Assembly (NCBI GenBank): GCA_013265495.1
Contig: MU058289.1
Location: 1,054,001-1,118,000, forward strand
Direction of reading: 5' to 3'
DNA length: 64,000 nt
From: Vicugna vicugna
Taxonomy: Eukaryota
In this document: piece by piece, positions 1 to 13,400 of the stretch
How the letters are laid out: each line of letters starts with the position of its first letter
Position numbering within the stretch: position 1 is the stretch's first letter
The notes under the pieces: model-generated
Databases searched by the model: none
The model's input: the letters and a program-made list of their open reading frames with translations, nothing else
Told to the model about the DNA's origin: nothing
Program-made: the position numbers and the translations under genes

Positions 1-1265
1 TCATCCAGTTCTTTTCTTTCAAGGTCCCTGACCAGACATCTAGGCCATGAGCCACTGCCCAGGAATCTCTGTATATCCTCACCTCAGGCCACTTCTTCCA
101 CATAAAGTGGATGACCAGGTGCTCTGCTTACAGCTCAACTAAATGGGAACGTTTTTTCCTCTCCACTGTCTTTCAGGGCTGTTTCAGAATATGGCTCTAA
201 GGCACCCATTCACAGAAATGACCTGTCCACATTCTTCAGCTGGTCATAAAAGCCCCTTCTAAGGCTATAGGGGTGAACTGAGTTAGGGATGCAGCAAATG
301 GTGGTTTATGTGTAACTTATTTTTTTTTTAATGTGTAACTTATTTTTGAACTGTGATCTTGCTCAGGCTCAATCGTGGACGTGCCATTTCCATTTTGTGA
401 TGAACACCTGCTGGGCCTCTTCAACTTCATGACTTGGTTGGTCAAACAGAACTGTAGTTCATAAAAGTCAATTCCTAATGCATGGTCACTTAGTGCCCCA
501 TGGTCAGGCAGTACATCTTTACTAGGGCTTAGTGATACATAAGGAGCTTCTTATAAAAAATCTTCTAATTCTCTGTTATAGATGGCATGGCCTCGCTCCA
601 AAGCCAGGGAACTGCACTGTGATTCTTCCACTGGGTCTTGGCACAAAAACCAGACTACATTGTTTCTCAACACCGATATCTCCAACACATTAGGATCTGC
701 TGGATCTGCTGTTAAGCTCTAGGTCCCACTCAAATCTGGGAACCTTCTGTGCCACCCAGCATATAAGCCAATATAGTATTCCTTGGTGTGCAATGTTTTT
801 CCTTCAAAAATCAAAAAGATGTCCTAGGCTCTGTGCATCCTTTTCCTGTGGAAAGGATTTAAGATACAGCAATTTGTCCTTCCTTTTAGAGTGGATATCC
901 TGGCATGCCCTCACCACTGTACCCTAAAATTTCACTGAAGTAACAAGTCCCTGACTCTTCATATGGTTTATCTCCTACCCTCCGGAGCACATGTGTCATA
1001 TCAAGGTCTCCAGCACGCTGGCCTCCTTTTGCTCTTCCTTCTCAATCAGCATAATGTCAGTGTAGTGAGGTGTGTTGTGGGTTATCTAGGTGGCTCTGGC
1101 TAGTTCCAACCTAATCATGACAGAGAATATGAGAATTAACACAGCCTTGGGACAAAACTATAAATTAATTTTGTTTTCCACTCCATGTGAATACAAATGG
1201 TTTCTGTCTCTTTTCTGAGAAGAACAGAAAAGGACATACTTGTCAAATCAATGTTCAGATACCCA
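1..1265 (-). mobile_element. ERVL-class endogenous retrovirus pol (RT) relic
   Basis: Minus-strand translation HYT-DIMLIEKEEQKEASVLETLI*HMCSGG*EINHMKSQGLVTSVKF...ACQDIHSKRKDKLLYL matches the ERVL RT region around HYIDDIML...GWEINP.KIQG..TSVKFLG. Confidence 0.75.
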
Positions 1266-4200
1266 TGTCCTTATCAACCAATTGTAGGAGATCTTGAACT
1301 GGTTTTGTAATATGTTGATGGGAAGAAATCATATGAGATTGTATTAGTAGGAAATGAGGTAATGGAATATCAAAAAGAAAATTCACAAAGGAAAATCAGA
1401 ACATTATAAAGAAATCAGTTAAAGATGATGTCAACAACAAGGATTAATGACATCTTCCTGGTTACGAGACAAGGGACCCTATAAATACCCAGAAGTTTCT
1501 GATTTTTTTTTTACAAAGGGTGGGGTGTGAGAGAAGGTTTCATTTAGGGAGGAAGACAACGATTCTAATTTTCTGAATACTGAGAATGAAATGAGTGAAG
1601 GCTCCCAGTGGAGCTCTTTTGTAGACAGGCATACAAAGACTCGAGTGTGTACAATTCATTGGGGTTGGAGAGACCCAGCTGGGAGCCAATTGCCAGCATG
1701 ATGTGAAGAGCTAATAGTTTCAGAATGGTTGAATGGAGTTAGCATATAGAAGAGATGATGAAATATTCCAACTGGCATCTTAGGGTAAGGAAGTAGTAAA
1801 AAAAGAAGAGGCAATGAAAAAAAAAATGGAAAATGAGCTTAAAGGAGTCATCCAAGCCGAGACAGGAAGTAAATTCAGGAACGTATTCTATAGTTTCCAA
1901 GGTAGCAGAAACATGGGATTAAAAGCAGGCAAGAGGGACACTCAAGAACTTAACTCTGATATCAGCACAGAGGAAGCATAAATGTGATTAGACAGGTGAG
2001 GAGGAAAGTGGGAATGTAGAGGAAGACTGCAAAGCTCAGGCTATCCTTAGTGAAGAATTACCAGCTGTTCACTGAGCAATTACCAGGGGATGGGCACTGT
2101 TAAGTTCCTCCTCCACCTGAGGGCTTTGGGGACCCAAGAGCCATTTTATATCTCAAACAGTCACAACATACTAAAAATTCAGGCTCACATTACATTTGGC
2201 AATATAACTCTCTAGTAGGTTTTATTGGTTTTTATAATTAAATTTGTTTCATTAAGCTCCCAGACTTGCGGGTACCCACCAATCTACATTTGATTTGCTG
2301 CTCATTAGACTTAATTAATGACACATAGAACATCTCAAGCTGCTGTGGGACCATGCTCTTTTTCCTAAGCTATTTTTACAAACTAAAAATATTCAGGGGG
2401 GGAACACTGTGCTATCAAAGTGTGTGACAGCTATACCTGGACTTTCTTGTGACCTTGGGCTGTATTGTAATGTCCTTGTCCCTGGTTTTGTCTGTTTCTT
2501 TAGGCTGTCTTCATTTGTTAAATAAGCAAAATATATAACATAATATATTGTTATAAGTGCCATAAAATATAAAGTATTAGAATGGAATAGAAATAGTCAT
2601 GGAACTGCTACTTTAGATATGGTACCAGAAAAAGCCTAGAGAGTTTGGCACCTGAGTAAGTAACTAGGGGTGGGGAAATAGCCACAAAAATATGAGGATA
2701 CATTTTAGAGGCAGAGGAGGTAGCAGGACAAAGCTCCAAATACTATTTTTTGTACGTGAGAGAAACACCACACACGCCAATGTACCTGGAACAGAGTGAG
2801 ATGGAAGAAGGCAATTTAAATGATTTGATAAATCCTAAGTTGTATTAGAGAGGAACAAATAGTAAATCCTTTTATTGATTAATGAAGCACCATTTAGCAA
2901 ATATAAGTTTCAACAACTGCAGGAGATTGTCTCTGTGTTTTTATTCTGTTTCATAAATCTATTGGTGTATTCCCATGTCAGGATTTGAAAGTCATGTCTA
3001 TAGCTTTATTATTCTTATCACTTTTGTTTATGTTGGTTTGCTTGTTTTGAAATAGATCAAAGAGCCAACCACCTCTCCTTAAACTTCTTAATCAAGGTTG
3101 ACTTATCTATTTATAGATTTTTCTTCTATGTAAATTTTACAATGTATTTTTCAAGTTTCTCATAACCCTTTCAGGAAAACTAAGATTGCATAAAATTTAG
3201 ATGTTCTGGGAGATTTGACATTGTAAAAAACTATTAAGTCATCTATGCAAAAGAATACGATAAATTTCTATTTCTTTATATTTAATTTTTGGTTTATACC
3301 AGTTTAATATCTTCTCATAGACATACTGATATTCCTTGTTAGATATCACACTATGTTTCCTGTTTGGTTATTGCTGATATGGATAATTAATCTGCCAGCT
3401 GCACTTGGGTATGAACTTCTCCATCCCCTCTTCTTCCAAACCTCCATGTCCATTGAATTAGGACCTGGGAAAGTGTCTTCCTCTGAGTTCTGCTTATCAC
3501 AAACATTAGGCCACTAGTACCCAACTAAATTGTGAAGAAGCAAGTGAGGCCAGCATCAAGTTGTAGTATCTAAAGCTCATCACATCTCTTTATACTCAGC
3601 AGAAAAGACTCCAACTGAAAATTTTAATTTCTCCCTTCCTTAATAGATGCTGGCAGCATGAGTTTACAGGTCAACATACTAATCACATGAAGACAGAACT
3701 TCAAAAGAGTGCATATCATCTGCGCTACATACACCACTAGAACATGAGGTTTATTGTAATAATCCAAAATTACAATTAATACAGTGATTTTAATTAAAGA
3801 GATGAGAATTATAGTAATATGAAGCAGGCATGAACAGTCCTAAAAAAAAGTGAATTTCTGGGTATAAAATGCTATTATTTAAATAAGGAAAGGTAAGTAA
3901 TACTGTGAGCAACTTTGGCCCTACATGCTGAGGATCCTTTGAGAAATCAAGTGGAGCATTCTCAGAATTGTCCCACCAAAGGGTGGGGAGCCTAAGCTAT
4001 TCCTCCACTGGTTCCCATCCCCACTGATTGAGAGCCATCCCTGCACAGACTCTTCCCTACACTCTGGTTAGTGCCTGTGGGAGGAATAAGATCTCATGTT
4101 CATGTGACTGTGTGCACACATCCTCTTTTTTTTAATTGAAGTATGTCTAGCTGTTATACTTCCCTGTCTATATATTTTGTCTACTCTCTATATAATATTG

Positions 4201-4841
4201 CCTCTCCTTTGTATATTTGTATTATCCAGATATTGCAATACATTTCAGTTCTTCAAAGAAGCTTTCAAAGGACCTTAGGAGTTTGGGGCATCTCACCCGG
4301 GCCCCAGAACAATGGCAGTGGCAGCAACAGGAACACTGGAATTTTGTTCAATCCAACAACGGGCAGATGCGGGTGATGAATTCCTGTTTTACAGCCTATG
4401 TGACAACTTTCTTCCCTGTCTCCTCTTCTCTTAGTGGAACTTTATCAGGCTCTTCCTGTTGAATTTTCGGGTAGCAAGGGGCCCACTGAGGCTGGGCCAG
4501 AAAGCACCTGGATCACTCCTCCAGAGAAGCAGGTGATGGAAGAAATGTTCACATATTGAGGTATGGGGAAGTCATTCTGGCTTATAGAAGATTTCACTTG
4601 AAGTTTATGCTAACTAGAACATCCTGTTTTGTGTCAAACATGCATTGTACATCAGCTTTAACATTTAAAGAAAAGGATGCATTTAAAAATAAAAATGGAG
4701 TAACTGTGGTTCAAGCATTCAAATGCAGCCAGGTGGCCATTGTGGATGTTGCTTTAAACACGTCCCTGCATCACTGAGAACTTGAATTCTCCGAACTGTA
4801 TCAGACTCGAGGACACTACTAGTCATTCTCAAAACAATATC

Positions 4842-5163
4842 TGTTATAATGCAACTGCCAGCTGCAACCTTGGGGTCTCAAGGTCTCTCCCTGTAACTAT
4901 GCAACCATTTTGGACCCCAACCAATCCTTGCTTAACAAGCACCCTTACTTCTTGTCAGTTCCGATCCTAATTCTTGACAAACAACTTACATAATTTTGTG
5001 GGGGTTTTGCCTTTATAAGCCTCCCCCATTTTGTAGTCTGGCAGAACACAATTCAAGTGCATCTTGAATCTGAATCTCTAGCCCTATAGTCCTCAGTTTG
5101 GCCCTCATACAACTCTCCTCTATTCTTATTATAGACTGTTTGCTGACTATTTCCTTCCATGCA
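4842..5163 (+). mobile_element. Solo LTR or LTR fragment (ERV1-like) at the truncation point of copy A
   Basis: TG start, TATA-like cctttataag and a gaacacaattcaagtgc motif shared in reverse with the LTR at 7.74-8.2 kb. Confidence 0.5.
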
Positions 5164-5164
5164 G

Positions 5165-5882
5165 GAATCCTCCAACAGGAAGGCAAGGCCTGTAACGAAT
5201 GAGCTCATGTAAGATGCTTTCACTTTCTAACTCAAGATGTCTTCTGGGTGGTTGGAATGGAAGTTTCCCTCCAGAGGCGCAGAACTGCCTGGGAAGGAAG
5301 TTAAGACTCCCTTGTCTCCAGGGGTAGATGTTGACTGGGCACTCCCACTGTTATGGTGGGAGACCTTCTGGATTATCCTGCCCCTGGGTCACTATTTGAT
5401 CTTCTTGCACCTTCACTATCCTTCTTGGTCTTTCCTAGGGTCCTCAGCTCAGTCTCCTTTGGTCAAGGATCTAGGAAGTGTCTGGATGGCACCAGCCTCA
5501 TCAGGTAGACTGCCTGCTCAGGTGGCAGTCAGAGACTCAATCTGTACCCTGGACAACAGATCTTAACTATCCTTTGTGGCTGAACATCTTGGAATTTCCA
5601 GCAGACAGCACCAGCTTCATTTGAGAGTCCTGCCTGGACCCTAAGGGAAGGACTCCAGGGACAAGCACTGAGCCTGCTGGATCAGAAACCACCTCTTAGC
5701 AGCAATGGAAAATCCGAGAGTGATTACATGTGATTACAGAAAAGCTTTTGAACAGTAGAGAAGACGGTGGGGTGGGGAGGGGGCAGTTATCCTAGCCAGA
5801 CAGTGGAAACACTGGTGGGCGGTGACCAGGTCAAGCCTAGAGGAGGAGGCCCGGGTTCCAGGGTTGCCGAGAGGTTGCCCCT
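5165..5882 (-). pseudogene. POM121: POM121-like processed paralogue, copy A (5' part only, truncated at an LTR)
   Basis: Minus-strand peptides RGNLS (start ATG>AGG), RFSIAAKRWFLIQQAQC, KLVLSAGNSKMFSH, FLDP*PKETEL, QEDQIVTQGQDN, NSGSAQST...KGVLTSF and HPEDILS*KVKASYMSSF match POM121 MGSYL, RFVITPRRRYPIHQAQY, KAVLSPRNSRMVCS, APDPCAKETVL, EEDQIFLDGQEN, DSSGSGHSA...NGVPASF and SSDDHLNKRSRSSSMSSL. No introns; many stops and frameshifts. Confidence 0.8.
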
Positions 5883-6650
5883 GAAGAAAAGTTTGCATGA
5901 TGAAAGATCCTTGGAGTGAGCTAGGAAACTCGCAGCTCTCCTGGCTGCCGGCTCCTCCTTGGGGAGCACGCACTGCCCAGCGGACGTTGTGCGACACCTT
6001 TAGAACCGGCAACAGAGGAAGGCGCGCAAGCGAAGCTGCGAAAAAACGGTGATGAAGGGCAAACGGCAAACGGCGAGGTCCAACGGCTCAACCCTAGCTG
6101 GATTCTCTGAGCTTCCGACCTTCCCTAGCCTAGTTACAGCCGTTTGCCACCAAAAGGGGCCCCACCAGGTGTGGAGACTGTTCAGGACAGCAGAGGCTCG
6201 CTTGGCTCCGGCCTTGGGGCGGGAGCGTCAGCAACCAGCGCTTGTGAACCGCCAGCCTTTCCCCGCTTGGGTCCCAGGAGGCAGAACCTGGCAAAGCCAG
6301 GGGCTGGAGCAACCCTGATCCTCTCAATGTAAGGATGCGGCTTGCAGGGAGCGCCAGGTAGGTGAGAGGGCCAGGGCACTACTGTTTCTGGGGGACCTAC
6401 TCCACCCAGGCAGCCCTGGAGGCATCTCAGAGGTCCCGGGGCTAAGATGGGGAGGAGAGACCAGGGCAGCACAAGAACCCCCAGTGTCTTCCTTTCAGGC
6501 AGAAGCTATGAAGGGCACCAGTTTTCCCTTCCGCTACTCCCCCCCTCCCCCCCACCCCCATACAGGCGGCTCAGAGCTCGGAACGCTACCTCCTCCAGCA
6601 CCGTCCCCAGCGCCCCTCCAGGTCCTGGACCCAGGGAAAGGTATGATCTA
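5730..6650. promoter_or_regulatory. CpG-rich island over the 5' end of POM121-like copy A
   Basis: High CpG density (e.g. ggcgcgcaagcgaagctgcg, aacggcaaacggcgagg) relative to the CpG-depleted flanks. Confidence 0.55.
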
Positions 6651-7700
6651 ACAGCATCACCATCTGGGCAGGGAAGGTTTCTGACCTGGGACCTGGGACA
6701 CTGCTTTCCATATTTCTTCCTGGCAGGCATATTCACTTCACTTTTTTTTTCCTTCAAATTTGGTAAAACAGCATTTAAGTCTTAGAACTTTTTTTTTCCG
6801 GGTTGTACAGATGGGAGTGGCAAGTCAAGATCTGAACCCAGTCCATGTGATTCCAGGGCTCCTGAATTTAACCACCTGGACTGTAGTGCCTGCTCTTCAT
6901 GCAGGCATCATGGATGATCATTTTTATAGTCCTCAGGGTACTTAGCACCATGGAACATCTCTGATGAGCACAGGAACTGCCTAGGAGGAGGTCTGAATTG
7001 ATTCAACTCATAAGGTGACCATTGGCCACACTGGGCTCCAGTCTCCATAGATGTTGGGCCAGGACCACCAATTGCCAGCGTATCCCCATTGGGTATTGTT
7101 CTTCTAATTGATCTTTGTAGCCTAAAACAGCTGTCTGTGCCAGGACAGGAGATGTACCTTAGGTGGGCACAGGATCCACTCTGACTTAAAAGCCTTGTGC
7201 CCCAAGGGCACCAATATCTTATATAATAATTCCACAGGCCATTTCTGGTTGAAATGAACAACTGACCAATATTAACTCCTCCAGTTGACTGCATGGGATA
7301 TATCCATGTATAATTAGGTCTTTAAAATTTTTCTCTCAGCAGTGCTTTGCAGCAAGGGTCAGCAAATTACAGCCTAGGAGCCAAATTTGGCTCATAGCCT
7401 GTTTTTGTAAGGCTAGTAAGCTAAGAATTGTGTTAATATTTTTAAAGGGCTGTAAAAATTTTAAGAGAAAACAAAGAATATGTGATAGAGATTATATGTG
7501 AGCACCAACTTTATATTATTTACTATCTGGCCCTTTACAGAGAAAATTTGCAACTACTGTTTTATAACTTTCTGTGTACAGGTCTTGCTTAGCTTTTGCT
7601 AATTTATTCCTAAGTGTTTTATGGGATTTGTAAATGTTACTTTAAATGGTGTCTTTTAAGTAGTTTGTAATAGTACACAGAAAATACATATCTTTCTTTC
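6400..7700 (+). repeat. Segmental-duplication unit upstream of copy A (MIR relic, unique DNA, MER58-like DNA element in old L1)
   Basis: Direct homology to ~15.6-17.0 kb and inverted homology to ~59.2-60.6 kb (e.g. tttttatagtcctcagggtacttagcaccatgg versus the reverse complement of 60091-60125). Confidence 0.8.
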
Positions 7701-7734
7701 TATCTTTCTAGCTAGCTAGCTATCAATCATTAAC

Positions 7735-8220
7735 CAAGATTTCAGAAATGGAGAAAGACCTGGTTGAAATAAAGAGGCTTTTATTTGGGATTTGTTAGGA
7801 CTGCAGCCCAGGAGACACAGATTCAGGAAGCACTTGAATTGTGTTCCATTGGACTGCAAAATGGGGAGGTTTAAAAGGCAAAAAAAAAAAAAAGTAAGGT
7901 TACATAAATCACTTGTCAAGAATTAGGATTGGGGCTGCAGATAAGTAAGGGTGTTTGTAAAACCAGGACTGGTTGAGGTCTGAAATGATTACATAGCTGT
8001 GAAGGCAGGAACTCTGAAACTAAAGATTGCAGTTAGCAGCTGTTGGCAGATATTGTTTTGAAAGAGGCTAGCGGTGTCCTTGAGTCTGATACAGCTCAGA
8101 GAAAATTCAGCTTCTCAGCGACGCAGGAAGAGTGTCTGAAACCACATCCACCATGGCTCCATTTTGGATGCCTGGACCATCATTACTCCATTTTGATTTT
8201 TAAATGATCTTAAACATGTC
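7735..8220 (-). mobile_element. Solo LTR (ERV1-like) inserted in an old L1
   Basis: Reverse poly(A) signal ttttattt and the motif gcacttgaattgtgttcc. It interrupts an L1 minus-strand fragment that resumes near 8240. Confidence 0.55.
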
Positions 8221-8239
8221 TTCACCTGCAACTGTGCTA

Positions 8240-9830
8240 TAATTGCATGTTTGTTCCAGGAGTTTTACATGATTATGCTTTTGGATTTTCTACACAGATG
8301 ATCATGTCATCTGTGAACAAAGACAGTTTTATATCTTCCTTCTCAATCTTTATACCTTCTATTTTAGTCATCTTATTGCATTAACTAGTACTTCAGTATG
8401 ATGTTGAAAAGGAGTGGTGAGAGGGGACATCCTTGCCTTTTTCCTGATCTTAGTGGGGAAACTTCAAGTTTCTCACCATTAAATATGTTGCTACCTTTAG
8501 GTTTTTTGTAGTTACTCTTTATCTGGTTGAGGAAGTTCCCTTCGATTCCTAGTTTACTGAGAGTTCTTATCATGAATGGGTGTTGGAGTTGGTCAAATGC
8601 TTCTTCTGCATCTATTGACGTGATCATGTGTTTTCTTTTTTAGCCTGTTGGTATGATGGATTATATTGATTTTTGTCTTGCTGCTGTACTGGTTGCTGCC
8701 TTCTCTGCTGTCACCACCTCTGCTGCTGCTGCTCTGCTGCCACTTCCCTTACTCTGCCGCCTGCTCCAGTCCAATCTCCCCACTTTTGGGTGCACAGACG
8801 GATGGAGCTCTCAGATGTCCTGGTATGCTGTGCAGAAGCTTTTTTTTTTTCAGTCATGGAGATCTGATTAGTTGTAAATCAAAGGGAAGAGAAAAAGAGA
8901 ACAATTCATATTACCATGGTGCTGATGTCCCTCCTTCAAATGCTGAGTCTTCCAAGGCTGGGATAAATCCCACTTGGTCATGGTGTGTAATATTTTATAT
9001 ACATTGTTGGATTTGATTTGCTAATGTTTCACTGAGGATTTTTAGATCTATGTTCATGACACATACTGTTCTGTAGTTTTCTTGTAATTGCAGTCTGGTT
9101 TTGGTGTTAGGGTAATACTGATGTCACAGAGTGAGTTGGCGAAATCTTTCTCTCTGCTTCTGTCTTCTAAAATAGATTGTAGAAAAACTGATATAATTTC
9201 TTCCTTAAATATCTGGTAGAATTCCCAGTGAACCCCTCTGGACTTGGAGCTTTGTGTTTTGCAAGGTTGTTAACTATTAAAACAATTTCCTGAACAGACA
9301 GAGGCTTATTCAGATTGTCTGTTTCTTCTTGTGTGAGTTTTGGCAAATTGTGTCTTTCAAACAATTGGTCCATTTCATCTAGGTTATCAAATATGTGGGC
9401 ATAGAGTTGTTCATGGCATTCTTTTATTATCCTTTTAATGACCACAAGATCTTAATGATGTTTCCTCTTTCATCTCTGATATGTCACTGTGGAGGCCTCC
9501 GTGTGACTGAGTCCCCACAGAGTTTTTAACCGTCAGACTTGTCCACACTGAGCTTCCAGAAATTTGTCAATTATAATCCAGGTTTTTCTTCTCTAGCACT
9601 GGTTCCCACAGTGGTTTCTTCTCGTGAGTCTCTGATCTGGTAAGCTGTGACTCCCTGTATTCACCTGTCTCTCCAGTCTTGAGGGCAGCAGTTTGCCCTG
9701 TGTCCTCACCCTTTTCCCAGATGGAAGAAGAGTTGTTGACTTTTCAGTCTGTTCAGCTTTTTCCATGTTAGGACAGACTGGCAACTCACAAGCTCCTTAA
9801 ATGTGGAAATGGAAGTCTCCTTATCTTCTT
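8240..9830 (-). mobile_element. L1 fragments (ORF2 RT region plus 5'-end pieces)
   Basis: ORFs 8385-8627 (IDAEEAFDQLQHPFMI...RQGCPLSPLLFNI) and 9167-9445 (DNLDEMDQLFERHNLPKLTQEE) are L1 ORF2-like. Confidence 0.85.
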
Positions 9831-10474
9831 TTTTGGGGAGGAGTTTCTGAGGAACTGGTATTAATTCTTAGTTTTATGTTCTTATCTGCTCCCATATTCC
9901 TACTAATAAACCCTCCAGCTTTAACTTTAATATAGTTGTGTGAATCCCCCACTGTATTGTAAATTCCTTTGGGGCAAGAAGTGTCTTTCCATTCTATATC
10001 ATTAGACATTTATTCAGGGATGATAGCACAATGTCTAGTATAGAATCATCACTGAATAAACATTTAATAAAATAATACATAAAGGCTGAGGAAAATGCTT
10101 TTCTTTTTCTATTTCTTCCACCTTCAGAGAGTTTTTATAACATATGAATTCTCTTAGAAAAGACTATATTTTCAAGAATTGTCTAATGGAGACAGCAAGA
10201 CTCTACAGTAGCTAGATCCGGGTGAAGTTATAACTACTGTGATTTGCTATTTTAGGTGTTTAGAGTAATGCCAATTATTTTCCCAAATAGGCGTTACCCA
10301 GTTATTTCTAGGAAAAGAAGATCTTTCCTGATTCTTTATGAGCATGAAATCATTTCTAATATAATATGTGACATCATAGACCTAATACTCAATACTTACA
10401 AAGCAGTTGTGAGCCTTTTCTTCCTTTGTTCCTCTAGATGTCACGTCCGTCCTCTCTGCTCGAGTTATGAATGT

Positions 10475-13400
10475 GTGGGGATGATTTGCCTAAGTCTAAA
10501 TTGAAGAGAAAGGTACAAGTGAGACATTTAATTATTTTTAAAAGGCCAATATTGTTAAGTTGTGTTTCCCTCACACACATGAGGGATGATCTGACCTACA
10601 GTGAAATCAGAGCGATGGAAGAGGAGCACAGAGGAAAAAGGCAAGAGGGAATCACCATCTCTCCTCTGAGTGTGACTTCTTCACCTCCTCTCTCCTCACT
10701 TTCCCTTACAGCTAAAATATGGAGATTTCAGATATCAGCATGTGCAATTGTGAAGTGTGGCTATACCACACCCTATTTTAAATATATACAATAATTTCAT
10801 ATATAATATAAACTTTATATATAATATATAAAATATAAATATATAACATTTTATATATATATTCTTGTTCATGTTAATTGATGCTCTGCTCATACGTCTT
10901 TGCTCTTTTACTCAACTGTGGAGGAAAAGTTGACTTTTATGAGTGGTGATGTGTTGAGCCTGATTTGACTTTTCCAAGTTTGGTACTTTGTCAAATAGGA
11001 GGCAGTAGAACCACACTATATATGTATGAGTAAATCTGGGTAAGGAAGAAAAGGACCCACTGATGCAAATGGGTAAGGCAAGGGGACAGCTTTTAGCAGC
11101 AAAGGGTACTATCCATCAAATTCTAGAGGAAAACTAGCCCATAGCTTGAGTCTCCCAGGCTAACAGCTGAAGCCAGGGATGGAATGGTTGATACTTACTG
11201 ATCTCTTTCTTCTTTCTACAGTGGAGCTTCTCACGGCCGGTGTGTTGACTTCTGACCAGCCTCATCTGAAACCACACCTTTTTACACATACATAAACACC
11301 CTGCGGTGTTGGGCCTCCAGCTTACTCTACGAGGACATAGGGCAGGTTAAATTTGTTTGACATAACTAGAAGGGGCTGAGCCTCTTTCCAGAAGAGCAAG
11401 GCTAATTCTTGGCAATTAGTGGTCACCCACCATTTGTGGGTGGCTTTTGCTTATAGTTGCTGAGACATTGTTTCTTCCAGTAGAAGAAAATGAATGGGTT
11501 GGCAACCCAACACTTCTGTCTCCAAAGAAAGCTGGGCAGGTGACAAAGGTGCCCCAAGGTGAGATTGCTGCTTGCTGTGCCCATGTCAGAGCTGCATTTG
11601 CTCTGAAAAATAGCAGCAAAAGTGCTGAAGTGTAGATATTTCTTTAGTGGTGTTCATTACTCCACTTCGAAGGAGGTATTCTGTCTGGGTAGGCCCCAGG
11701 TATTCTCAGTGATGGTGAAAATAGAAGTGTCTTCCTAAAAGTGTATGGTGTTGTCCCATGAGACTGCAACAAATGTGGTCTGACCATGAGCCCCAGCCAG
11801 TCTGAATGATGGTGGGAACTTAAATATCCAGAAGCACAAGAATGGTGCTGCCTTATGCTGTTGTAGCTGTTGTGCTCTGGCGTGTGTGCCCAGGTGCTCT
11901 GACAGTAGCATTTCTAATCACAGATATGGCTAGCTCTCAGACAGCAAACGATGTGCTCTGGCCACGTGTCTGATGGATGGCAGGAACAGAAGTATCTCCT
12001 GGCATGCATTTCTTCTCACTGGTGCAGGCTTCTCCAGTAATAACGGTTTTCTGTGATTAGGTGGCCCCCAAGTGTTCAGATCAGACGCAGAAAGAGAAGA
12101 CTCCAAACACGGTTATGGTATTGGCCCTTCCCATTGCAAAACATGTGCTCTGCTCAGGTGGGATCCAGGAGCTCTGACTGTAGGTAGGAACATAATGGCC
12201 GCAAACCACAGGTGAGGTGCTTGCCCCTCCGAGCTATAGACTGTAGGCACATAAAGGGGTATCTCCAGCACAGATGTGGTTCTCTTTCCTTAATGGCAAC
12301 AGATGTACCCTGGGGCTGAATGGTCCCAGGCAATCTGAACAGAAGGAGGAACAGAAGTGTCTGCTGGCACATGTTCTTTCTCAGTGATGCTGTCTCCTCC
12401 AGTAGTAGTAGGTGTTTGGTTGGGCTGATTCTCGGTGCTCTTATTATAGGTAGGAAGGAAAGTCCTTCCCAGGACAGATTTGCTCTCAGTAGTGCTGGCC
12501 TCTCCAGTTGTAACAGGGGTGCAGTAGGCTGACAGGACTCTGGTGCTCAGGTCTAAGCCTCCGCCAGTATGAGCTGTGTGCTGAGCATCCCATGTGGCCT
12601 TGCTCCAAAGCTGAGTGTTACAACATGGAGCTGGGACCTGAGACATGCACAGTGACCTCAAAGCTGCCACTACCCATGGTGCTGAAAATCCCATAAATGC
12701 AAATGGGTCTGGAGTGGTATTGGCAAAAGGTGAGAGGCAGTTCTCAGCGCTGTGCATGTTGGTGGTAACTCCAGAACAAGAGAGAGTGGCTGGGCCAATG
12801 GTTGGCTGGCTGGGTGCTGACAGGGATGCCAAAGTTGGAAGATGGGGATGTCAGACTCCTAAAAGCTGACTGAGTTGTGCTGCTTCTGGGTCCAAGGTTG
12901 CAGTAGAGGTTACGTATGGAAAGTATGGAGGTTTTACTGGGGCTGCCAAGTTTCCCAAAAGGTAAGGGCTATTACAGCAGTCAAGAGGAGGCAAGGAGAC
13001 AAAAGACTGGGGATTGGGTGTGGTATCCATATTGATTTCATCAGAGTCAAAGGCAGGCTTGGATGCCACTTCTGAAGAGGTGCTGGTTATGAAGAGTGAG
13101 GCGAATGCAGAATCAGTGGTAGATGAGCCAGAAAAGACAGGGACAAAGAGGAGAGCGGCTTCCTTTTGCCATCCATATAGGCTCCCAAATGTCAGCTAAA
13201 GAATGGTTCCTGCCCCAAAGGGGAGGTTGAAAGTTTGGGTAGGGCTGCTGATCATTAAAGCAGGTAGGCTAGTGGTGACTATGGCCTTTGCAGGGAGATC
13301 TGCTCCACATTGGGGCAGACCTGGTAAAACGTGAGGGAGCTCACACTGGATCCTGGGGGAGACCTGAAGATGAAAGCCTGGGGAGGCAGAGTGGTGTCCA

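Noticed and set aside
8653..9016. Cys/Leu-rich small ORFs
   Set aside because: They arise from a (ctg)-rich antisense fragment, probably an L1 5' end, inside another L1.
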